Source: an uncultured archaeon
Lineage (GTDB): Archaea > Asgardarchaeota > Heimdallarchaeia > Heimdallarchaeales > Heimdallarchaeaceae
Assembly: GCA_964549075.1 (NCBI GenBank)
Contig: CAZJUB010000024.1
Span: 1-35,652 of the forward strand
DNA length: 35,652 bases
Direction: 5' to 3'
This document shows, in pieces, positions 16,998-26,600 of this stretch. The notes beneath the pieces are model-generated. The model was not told the origin of the DNA. It ran no database searches and worked only from the letters and a program-made list of their open reading frames with translations. Every line of letters begins with the position of its first letter. The stretch's first letter is position 1. A program made the position numbers and the translations under genes.

Positions 16998-17189
16998 AAG
17001 AAATTTGTAGAACTTGGAACTTTTGTAGGAAAGAATTCTGAAGCTCACAAAGCTGTGGTTATTGGTGACACATCATGTGATCCATTAAAAGACTTAGCTG
17101 AGCCTTCTTTAAATATTCGTATCAAACTTCAGAATATACTTGCAATTAAGCTTCTTCAAGGTCGTATTAAGGTCGCATTAATAATATAA
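16998..17189 (+). pseudogene. hppA: Degenerate 3' fragment of a second membrane pyrophosphatase gene
   Basis: [54 protein letters not shown] is 38/54 aa identical to the C-terminus of the 7297-9336 product. There is an in-frame TAA at 16995 and no start; a T-tract follows at ~17209-17225. Confidence 0.88.
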
Positions 17190-17231
17190 AGGAACAGTTA
17201 ATTTAATTGTTTTCTTTCTTTTTTTAGTAAG

Positions 17232-17301
17232 TATTTATATAAACTAAAAAATACATGTATCTATTAATTATTTGATATTTTTTTGAAAATATTTATATAA
17301 A
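17232..17301 (+). promoter_or_regulatory. Two identical TATA-like boxes upstream of the giant-protein operon
   Basis: TATTTATATAAA at 17232-17243 and 17290-17301 (the second preceded by BRE-like GAAAA), with the perfect palindrome ATACATGTAT at 17251-17260 between them. Confidence 0.5.
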
Positions 17302-17432
17302 ACTTTAAGAAAACTAGATAATTGAATCTTTGGAGAATTATGTCAAATTAAATGCATCTAATCTCCTCATTATACTCAACCTAATTTGTGTTTCTAATTT
17401 TCCATTTGAATTCATACTTAAAAGTGAAAATC

Positions 17433-20400
17433 ATGATTACTAATAAAAATAAAGTTATATCGGCTTTAGCTTTTTGTTTAGTTATTTTGAATAGTTCAAT
17501 AATTTATAGTCAAGCGCAACTTTATGGTGTACAAACTGATACTTTATTGTATTCTAATCCTGGCAATTTTTCGATAAAAAAAATCGCGATTCTTTACGAT
17601 CCTATAAATCCTAATGCTGATGAAACAGCTAGAGCAATTTTGGAAACTATTAGTTTTTTGTATTCTAATGTACAACTGATAGCAGTTTATACCCCAACAT
17701 TCTTCAATCAAACTTTTAAAGAAGATTTTTGGGTGAGAATATATGTCTTTAACACAGATTTGACAGGCATTAAGACAATTGGGGGGACTATTTCCTGGTC
17801 CAAATTAGCTCAATATTATAACCATTATTCTGATGATCACCATATCGCAGTTTATGGTAATTCATATAAGGTAAAGGAATTAGTAACAAATGAACAATGT
17901 TATTTTGAAGACAAAGAGATTATAGATGTTAGAACAGCATATTTACATGCTATATGGCAGTTATCAGAAATTTTCATGTCACAAAAATCCGAACTCTATA
18001 AAGAAATTGGTAAAAATTTTCAAACAATAGCTATTCAGTATTTTGCTACTGAGATTGAGAATCTTTTTACTCTAGAGTTTGAGCCCACATATGGTTTAGG
18101 AGTACAAGACCAAGAAAAAGCTAAAGAACGACTGGACGAATTCAAGGAAACGCATCCTAATCAATTAGCGAAAATTCATCCAGAAACAGGAGAATTGCTT
18201 GATCCAACGGCAAAAATAGATGGATTAAATCCTCCTTTAGATTTAAAACCACAATTAGATGCTGATGCTGAAGATGATATAATTTTAACTGATTTTCCCT
18301 CAATATGTTCTATATCAGGTGCTGCTGGAGAAATTATTCGATTACTACTACAAGTTATAGGTGTAGATATTCCTAGGGGAGTAATTACAGTTGGAGAGGA
18401 TTTTGCAAACGCAATTAAAGACATAGTGAATGAAATACCTAAAATCATAGGTTTGACAAGAGATCCAAGTTCAAATACTGCTTTAGAACAATTTTTTGAT
18501 GTTTTAAAGAGTTCATTTCCGTCTCTGCAAGAATATAAGCCATTCTTTGATATTGCAGCTAGAGCAATTTTTGCAGTAAGAGAGGGACCAACTGCAATTC
18601 TTGATTTGATTGATGACCTTTTACACTTTATGATTCCTGAAAATGCTTCATCTTTTATAACTGATGTTCAAGGAGCATTGAATCTCACTACTGAATTTTG
18701 GAATGAATTCTTGGATTCTGATAATTGGTCAGATACATTGATGAAACATCTAAATAAACAACTTATCTATTACATAATGCTTAAAGTTGCAAATACAGTT
18801 GGAGGAGGTCTTAATAACACTAGTACAGTTGAAACAATAACAGAAATGTTTGATATTGCTATTGAGATTATTTCTTCAAAAGATTATGGTGCTGTTGTTA
18901 CAGATATTATCCCATTTTTAGGTGAAAAACTACTCGGTGGAAGCTTAGATAGCGAAGCATCAAAGATGTTTGAAATTTTAGGTGTTCTCCTACAGATGGG
19001 ATTAGGTGCAACTGGAGTTCTAAAAGTTGATTTTGATGAAAGCGCTAAAGATTTGTTTGAAATATTATTCCCGGATGTAGATTTCGAGGGAGAACAAGCA
19101 GAAAGTCTATTAGATGATTTAATGTCTATCACAAAAAAGGTAGTAGAAGGTGATTTATCTGATTATTCATCTGTTATTACTCAACTAAAAACTCTTATTG
19201 CAGATATTGATGCTCTTTCTAGTTCAGTTTCATTGTCTACCGCAGAATCTGATGTAATCGCAAAAAGTATTGCTTTAATTTTTAGGCTTCTTCAAAATAA
19301 TTTTCAAATATCTTCTGATGTCTACTTTTTATCATTAATCGATGAAATAATCGATGCATTTTATCCTTCAATAAATTCTAATACACAAACTTTAGTCAAC
19401 CTAGCTCTTGAATTAGCTTCATCTTTAATAGCTTTTACAACTAAAAATGATTATTTGAAAATATTTATCAGAGGTTCAATTGGAGATTTTGATTCAGAAA
19501 TTGCAGAGAATCCTAGTAACTTAGTAAAGAATCTTTTGCAAGAAATAATTCCTTTGATATCTGGTGAAACTCCAGATCCCAATGTATTAGTTAATGTTGG
19601 TAACATCGCTTCGATGATTGTCAATATGCTCACACAAGGATTTGATTTTGCTGTTCAAAATATCCTTCAAACACTAGTTAGTATGGTTGGAATTGGTTTA
19701 TCGCATATAGACTCTGATATACCGTTAGAAGTGTTAGTGGATACGTTTAATTTAATATGGTCTGATCAACCAGAATATCGAAGTGTTTTTAATATTGTAA
19801 ATAGGGTAAAAACAGCTGTTTCTGGAATAGTATCAGCTGAAGACCTTGATATCATTGAATTAGTTTTAACTTCACTTGGGTCAACTAAAAAACTCTATAA
19901 GGATGGTGTAAAATGGATTATGAACCAACTTGTGGGGTGGGTAGCAGGTAAAACAGCTGATTTATTAAATAGACTCACCAGAAATATGGATGAACTTATT
20001 GCGGGAATTGATCATTTTATAAGTTTTACAGCAAATTTCTCTGTAGGTTTTGGAAATACATCAGCATTTTACGTAGGATTGTATTTTGAGTTATCTCCTG
20101 CTTATACCATTAACAAAGAAGCTATTATAGATTTTATTAACGAACTTGTATTTCATTCATCAACAATTCTTGAATCAGATAATTTAGATTATTTGTTTGG
20201 AAAGATTTCAGATGCCATATCTATCATTCCTTTACTTACAGCGAGTATTGAAGTTAAAGCGGGTACATCTGGAAAAGATGAATTAACGCATAAACTGTTA
20301 AATTCGTTAGGTCTGGAATTAAATTACTCTGGTACTGCAGGAGTAACTTTACAACTAATGAAATTAACCAATGGGAAAATCGAAATGAGTGATTTTCTGA

Positions 20401-23400
20401 AGTTAGTACAATTTTTCTTTAAATTCGAAGTCTCTTTAACAAAAAAATTCCCGATAGCTGAATTCTGTTTTGGACCAGCTGTATCAGTTTTATCAAAAGT
20501 AGCTGAACATTTGGGATTGGGGAACATATATCTTGTAATAACATTTTGGATAGCAATAGAAATCGTAAAACGGATGGATACGGAGTTTCAAAAAGCAGCT
20601 GATATTTTAACGATTATTATTGGTATTGGAGTTTCAGTGGTGTTAGATTTCTCTTTGGTAATAGTAGGAATTGAGATATCTTTTGGTTTTGCGGTTAGTC
20701 TTGCATTTATTCAAGATTTCTTATCGAATTCACCTTTAAGAATAAATCTTAATATTGTAATAACAGTCAGTGCAAAATTAACCTTCATTCTGTGGGATTG
20801 GACAAAATCAGTATCATTTGGACCTGATCCAATAAATCTGGCTGGAGGAAAAGAAAATCCAGAAACGCGGTCAGAAATGACGGGAATCGATGAAGATGAA
20901 GATGGTTTACCTGATTCCTATGAAGAAATGATACCAGGTTTAAATGTAAATAAAGCCGACTCTGACGGGGACGGATTGTCAGATAAATTTGAAATTAAAA
21001 CAAGTGGTACAGATCCTACATGTAATGATACTGATGGAGATTATTTACTAGATGGATTTGAATATTCTGTAATTTTCACAAACCCATTACAAGTAGATAG
21101 TGATTTTGATGGATTAGATGATTATAATGAAGTTGTGATTTTAGGAACCAACCCTAATTGTATCGATTCAGATGGAGATCAGCTAGATGACTATTATGAA
21201 GTAAATACAGCATGGAATATGAGTGGAATTACACCAAGTGTGAAATCAGTAACAATTGGAGGTGAAACATATTCTGATCATACAGATCCTTTGAATCCAG
21301 ACACTGATGGGGATGGGATTTTAGATGGACAAGAAGGACCATTCGGTGCCTATTACGGTCCAGAGTTGTATGATGATGAAGAAGATGAATTTTACCCTGA
21401 TCAACCTCCTATTATTTTTAATCAAGGTTATATTCATCCATTAGATAATGATACTGATGATGACAGTTACAGACAGCTATGCAATGGAACAATAGCTCCT
21501 GGAAATATGTTTCTAATTCCAATGACTGATAAAGTAGAAATTGATGGACAATGGGTTATTTTCATTGAAGGTGACGAACTTATACCTAAACTTGTTCGAA
21601 CAAATCCAGTAAATCCAGATAGTGATGGTGATACAGGAATAGCTGATCCTTCATGGAGAAAAGATGGTGCACCAATAAATATTTTCCTTAAATCAGATGG
21701 ATACGAGTTGTGGTTAGATCCTCCTACAGATCCAACTGATGCAGATAGCGATGATGATGGGATACTTGATGGTTTAGAAGGATGGGGAAATCCAACTGGA
21801 GATCACACCAATCCTAATAATGCTGATACCGATAATGATGGGTTAGGGGATCTGCAAGATATACTTCTTGGAAGTGATCCTCTTAGTCCTGATAGTGACC
21901 ACGACGGAGTCTTAGATGGTGATGAATTCTTTAAATATGGAACTAATCCTGCTTATCCAGATACTGATCAAGATGGTTTGTTAGACGGTGAAGAGTTATT
22001 TTTATTCCATACTAATCCATTATCTCCTGATTCTGATGCAGATGGCATTGAAGATGGTCTCGAAGTTCTTTTCTATGACACGAATCCTATGGATGAAGAT
22101 GAAGATAACGATGGATTAACTGATTGGGAAGAGATTTTCTATCATGGTACTCTTCCGAAGGTTTTCGATTCCGACAATGATGGATTAAGTGATTATGAAG
22201 AAGTAGCAATTTATTATACAAATCCACGAAATTGGGATACTGATAACGATAGCATCTGGTATCCCAATGAATATGGAAAGATGACTTTTCCAATGTCTGA
22301 TGGAGATGAAGTGAAAATCTATGGTACCAATCCTTTATCCAGTGATACAGATAGTGATGGCATTTATGATTGTTTGGAATTATACTTAGGTTCAGGATTA
22401 ATACCTAATTTTGATCCAATTTTACTAAATCCAAATTCAAATGATACCGATCACGATGGATTGTTGGATGCTCAAGAATATTTAATACATAATGTAACAA
22501 ACATTATTTTTCCTTACAGAAGTTTCATTATAGAACATCCATTTAATACGTCAGTAATTGAACCAGACACTGATAATGATGGATTGTTAGATGGAGAAGA
22601 AATTTTAATTTATGGAACTAATGCAAATAATACTGATACTGATGGAGATTCACTCACAGATTATGATGAAATTTTCGTTTACAATACAAATCCACTATCA
22701 TCTGACAGCGATGGTGATTTCCTTGCAGATAATGAGGAAGCACTTGTTTCATTCTATCCTGATTATTCTTTAGATCCTCTTGATCCCGATGTTGATGATG
22801 ATTTACTTCCCGATGGAGCGGAAATTTTACTCTATTCTACTTATCATTTAGCTGGATTAACAGGTAATCCAAACAACCCTGATACGAATTCAAATGGTGT
22901 TCTTGATGGGTTGGATTTTGATAATGATATGGATGGTTTAGAAGATGGAAAAGAATTTTTTGTGTATCATACTCCTGAAGTAGCTGGAGGGGGAGTAACT
23001 CAACCAGATAGTGATCGAGATGGATTAATGGATGGTAACGAAGTTTATCTCTATGGTACAAATTGTACTGATTGGGATACAGATAATGATTTATTTTCTG
23101 ACGGTCTTGAGGTAATGATTGGAACTGATCCATTACACTATACTTCTTGGGAAGAATATTTCGAAGCAATAACTGCATATGATAAAGGCATAGTAGTTAT
23201 TTCACCAATACAAAATGGCGTCTATTCACCTTCAAACTTTACCTTTATGATATATAATGCATCACCGGTTTTGGATGTTTCTTATCAAATGAGAAAAGGA
23301 ACCAAATCATTTAGTGATAGTGCTTTCATGAATTATCAAACTTCTTCTATGACTTGGATGAGTGTTGGTGATTATATAGGTTCTGGAAATTATGAAGTAA

Positions 23401-23603
23401 TATTCTCTGTTCACCATCCTGATGATTCATATACCAATCTAACAAGATTGTTTTCAGTTACGGGTTCTCCTTTGGTGAGCATGACGTGGGTTTTTGTAGG
23501 TATAGGATTAGGTGGAGTAGCGGGAGTAACGGCTACAGTTTTCTTGTTTAGATCAGGAAAATTAGGTTTCCTTAGAAGGCTTTTTGGAGGTGGAAGTTCA
23601 TGA
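17433..23603 (+). CDS. Giant secreted, C-terminally anchored protein with ~26 thrombospondin type-3-like Ca2+-binding repeats
   Basis: Signal peptide MITNKNKVISALAFCLVILNSSIIYSQA; long amphipathic helical region; hydrophobic beta-rich region; TxP..xD[TS]DxDGLxDxxE repeats; short Ig-like segment; TM plus basic tail. ATG 17433 preferred over GTG 17388. Confidence 0.85.
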   Translation: MITNKNKVISALAFCLVILNSSIIYSQAQLYGVQTDTLLYSNPGNFSIKKIAILYDPINPNADETARAILETISFLYSNVQLIAVYTPTFFNQTFKEDFWVRIYVFNTDLTGIKTIGGTISWSKLAQYYNHYSDDHHIAVYGNSYKVKELVTNEQCYFEDKEIIDVRTAYLHAIWQLSEIFMSQKSELYKEIGKNFQTIAIQYFATEIENLFTLEFEPTYGLGVQDQEKAKERLDEFKETHPNQLAKIHPETGELLDPTAKIDGLNPPLDLKPQLDADAEDDIILTDFPSICSISGAAGEIIRLLLQVIGVDIPRGVITVGEDFANAIKDIVNEIPKIIGLTRDPSSNTALEQFFDVLKSSFPSLQEYKPFFDIAARAIFAVREGPTAILDLIDDLLHFMIPENASSFITDVQGALNLTTEFWNEFLDSDNWSDTLMKHLNKQLIYYIMLKVANTVGGGLNNTSTVETITEMFDIAIEIISSKDYGAVVTDIIPFLGEKLLGGSLDSEASKMFEILGVLLQMGLGATGVLKVDFDESAKDLFEILFPDVDFEGEQAESLLDDLMSITKKVVEGDLSDYSSVITQLKTLIADIDALSSSVSLSTAESDVIAKSIALIFRLLQNNFQISSDVYFLSLIDEIIDAFYPSINSNTQTLVNLALELASSLIAFTTKNDYLKIFIRGSIGDFDSEIAENPSNLVKNLLQEIIPLISGETPDPNVLVNVGNIASMIVNMLTQGFDFAVQNILQTLVSMVGIGLSHIDSDIPLEVLVDTFNLIWSDQPEYRSVFNIVNRVKTAVSGIVSAEDLDIIELVLTSLGSTKKLYKDGVKWIMNQLVGWVAGKTADLLNRLTRNMDELIAGIDHFISFTANFSVGFGNTSAFYVGLYFELSPAYTINKEAIIDFINELVFHSSTILESDNLDYLFGKISDAISIIPLLTASIEVKAGTSGKDELTHKLLNSLGLELNYSGTAGVTLQLMKLTNGKIEMSDFLKLVQFFFKFEVSLTKKFPIAEFCFGPAVSVLSKVAEHLGLGNIYLVITFWIAIEIVKRMDTEFQKAADILTIIIGIGVSVVLDFSLVIVGIEISFGFAVSLAFIQDFLSNSPLRINLNIVITVSAKLTFILWDWTKSVSFGPDPINLAGGKENPETRSEMTGIDEDEDGLPDSYEEMIPGLNVNKADSDGDGLSDKFEIKTSGTDPTCNDTDGDYLLDGFEYSVIFTNPLQVDSDFDGLDDYNEVVILGTNPNCIDSDGDQLDDYYEVNTAWNMSGITPSVKSVTIGGETYSDHTDPLNPDTDGDGILDGQEGPFGAYYGPELYDDEEDEFYPDQPPIIFNQGYIHPLDNDTDDDSYRQLCNGTIAPGNMFLIPMTDKVEIDGQWVIFIEGDELIPKLVRTNPVNPDSDGDTGIADPSWRKDGAPINIFLKSDGYELWLDPPTDPTDADSDDDGILDGLEGWGNPTGDHTNPNNADTDNDGLGDLQDILLGSDPLSPDSDHDGVLDGDEFFKYGTNPAYPDTDQDGLLDGEELFLFHTNPLSPDSDADGIEDGLEVLFYDTNPMDEDEDNDGLTDWEEIFYHGTLPKVFDSDNDGLSDYEEVAIYYTNPRNWDTDNDSIWYPNEYGKMTFPMSDGDEVKIYGTNPLSSDTDSDGIYDCLELYLGSGLIPNFDPILLNPNSNDTDHDGLLDAQEYLIHNVTNIIFPYRSFIIEHPFNTSVIEPDTDNDGLLDGEEILIYGTNANNTDTDGDSLTDYDEIFVYNTNPLSSDSDGDFLADNEEALVSFYPDYSLDPLDPDVDDDLLPDGAEILLYSTYHLAGLTGNPNNPDTNSNGVLDGLDFDNDMDGLEDGKEFFVYHTPEVAGGGVTQPDSDRDGLMDGNEVYLYGTNCTDWDTDNDLFSDGLEVMIGTDPLHYTSWEEYFEAITAYDKGIVVISPIQNGVYSPSNFTFMIYNASPVLDVSYQMRKGTKSFSDSAFMNYQTSSMTWMSVGDYIGSGNYEVIFSVHHPDDSYTNLTRLFSVTGSPLVSMTWVFVGIGLGGVAGVTATVFLFRSGKLGFLRRLFGGGSS
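20889..23135 (+). repeat. Coding repeat array of DxDxDG(L)xDxxE Ca2+-binding motifs
   Basis: About 26 copies counted by eye, often at ~22-23 aa period (e.g. DSDHDGVLDGDE, DTDQDGLLDGEE, DSDADGIEDGLE), with several insertions. Confidence 0.9.
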
Positions 23604-26600
23604 ATTTACAAGCAAGATTCTTTAAGAAAAAATTGTTATCAATTATAGTATTAGTTATTGTAGTAGATTCAATATTTTTGACAATTCCAAAATTATCTTT
23701 AGCGGATGATGAGAAACTGAATCCACTAGATTCTATTTCATTGGATGAGTTAAATAGACTTTTAGGAAAGCCAATACCTAATGACAAAGAATTTGATGAA
23801 AATCAAGTCTATAATCAAGATATTGATCTCTCTTCTTATCTACAAGATTATACTAATGATTATTATCAAGTTTTTCAACCTTGGAAAACAAGAGCAGCTG
23901 TACGATGTATTGAAATTTCAGATGATTACCAATATATGGTTGTTGGAGGTGGTTATCTCTATGATAATGAAATTCACATTTACAGATGGAATTCTCTTAA
24001 TAATCAATATGTAAAAGTTTGGAATAGTGGCGATGAAATAATTACAGAGGATGTGATTGATGTTGATATAGCCGATACTGACCACAACCAATTTCTAGAG
24101 ATAGTTGCAGCTTCAGCTGATGGTAGTTTTCATGTATTTGAACAAAAACACATCTATGATCCTACTTCTAATACTGAAAACATGTTTGAGCATGTATACT
24201 CATCTCCATATCTAGGTCAAGTTTTTGGTGTTGAAATAAATGATACAGATAGCGATTATAATCCAGACATAGTTGTTGTAAGCTGGGATAATAAAGTCCA
24301 TGTTTTTGAATACACAACTCATTCAGGCTATCCTTTTGCTCCTGAACATTGGATTGATTATGAAGAAAAATGGACTTCTACTAATATGGGGCAGCATCCT
24401 ACTTCTTTAGTTGTTGGTGACACAAATGCAAATGGTTTACCAGATTTTGTTGTAGGTACAAGAGAAGGAGGTATTTTCATCTTTGAGAATAATGGAACAA
24501 TATTAGATATTCATGGACAACCTTATCCACTTTGCCAAGATAATAGCTATAAACTAATATATAGTGACACTAGTTCGATTTGGGCTCCGATTTACGCTAT
24601 GGATATTGGTAATCTTGATGGTCGTATAGGTGATGAGGTTGCTATTGCTTCATTTGCAACTAATGCTTATGTTCTCCGTTATGATCACATTCTAGAAGAT
24701 TACTATTTACAGAAATTGATAAAAGGTTTTGAACCTTGGACTTTGAAAGATTTTTATCCTGCAGATAATTGGGCAGATAATCTTATCGATGGATATAGAG
24801 TATACTTTAACGATCCCAATGCTGGATTTGGAACTGCTGTTCCAGAACCAATATCTCTTAGTGATCCTTGGTTCATAAAAGGCAATTATCCATATAATTC
24901 AGGTTCTCTTCAAAATAATATTACTTGTATGACACTCTTTGATTCTAGTCCAACTGAACTCACATATGCAATTTATGATTTTGGTGCTGATGAAGAAGGA
25001 ACAGGTAATGGTAATTCTAGAGCTGATTTTTCAATTGTATTCCAAACTCCTTATTCTACAGTAGATATAAACGATTTTGAAATTTCTATCAGTCAAGACC
25101 TTAGGCATTGGACGAAAATAGATCCTTCTTCAATTTCTAAAGGATATTCAACAGAAATGTTTGCATCCTTAGATATAGATGTTGATTCTAATATGATTGC
25201 AAACCAATGGGATTATTTTCAATATGTAAATGTTACTGTACTCAAAGGTAGTCCAGATTATAGAATATATCGACTAGAATTACATTATGTAAATGCAAGG
25301 GTAGATACAGCTCTCGCAGTTAACATAGGTACTTTAGCTTCTGGAACAGCACCTGGAGATATTTTACCTCAAATACTAATCGGTACTGTAGATGGAAGAA
25401 TAGTCTCTTTCATTTATAATCAGTTAGAAGATGAATTTACTTTAACTTGGGATTCTTGGGTGGACGATAGATTTAGTCTTGAAACCAACATATGGGATCT
25501 TGAGCAAGTTAAAACCCTGGGAACTATGCCCATGATTATGGGAATGACTGATCTCGAAACTGATTATCAATGGGTTTATGATCCTTCACCAAAATCACAG
25601 CTTGGGGGATTGAATATCTTTGATTATGATATTGAAAATATTGATGGAGATTCGTTAGGAGACGGAGATTTTATTGTAACAGCAGAAGATGGAAATGTAT
25701 ATTTCTTTGACAATGAGTTTAATTATATAAGCTCTAAAACATCTGATTACTTTACTACAATAAATAATCGAGCTCAATATAATAATAAAAATTTATCAAT
25801 TTCCGCAGCGAATATATGGAATCATGTTAATTATCCAGGTTCAGAGATCCTGATTGGTTGGTATGATGAATCTATAAGTAATTTATATGATGATTTCTAT
25901 GATGATTCTTCAACTACTATACCAGCTGATATAGAGTTTTGGTATAGATCAGGAGGAGGTAACCTCTATGGCAACCCTACATCTCTTACAGATTTAGAAG
26001 TAACTGGTCAACTTGAGGAATTACTGAAAACTGCTCAATCAATACCTTCTGTAGATGGTATCGATATTGATGACGATGGTGATATCGATTTAGTTGTGTG
26101 CGTAGATAATTTATACTTGCTCTTGAATATCGGAACCTCAGATCTCCCTCAATTCACTTTAGATTCTGACTATTTTAAAGATATTAATGAAGTTCAAGGT
26201 AAAAGGAAATTCTTCAGTCCTCAATTTGTAGAATTTGACCATGATAATGATTATGATTTAATTATAGGCTATTCTAATAGAGTCGGAGCAACATATTTAG
26301 AAAATTATGGAAAAGTCGATGATCCAGAATGGACTGAAAAGAAAGAATTACTAAATAATTTCGATGAAGAGGCTGCAATAAATGTTTATAATTTAACAAG
26401 ACCACTTTTTGTTTCTTATCTTGACAACAGTGTTTCTGACACAATGCAATTATCTCTCACAACAGGTATTGATTATAGTAATAGATATCTTAATTTCTTA
26501 ATGTTTGATGTTTATGCAAATAATGTCCATAAATTTTTAATCCAATATAATATGCAAACATCGTTTATGGTAGCTACAAATCCAGTTCTTTCTAGATTAG

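Noticed and set aside
20889-23135. RGD integrin-ligand motif in the TSP3-like repeats, or true thrombospondin orthology
   Set aside because: No RGD seen (only RDG), and the repeats lack the regular disulfide pattern, EGF modules and C-terminal lectin domain of thrombospondins.
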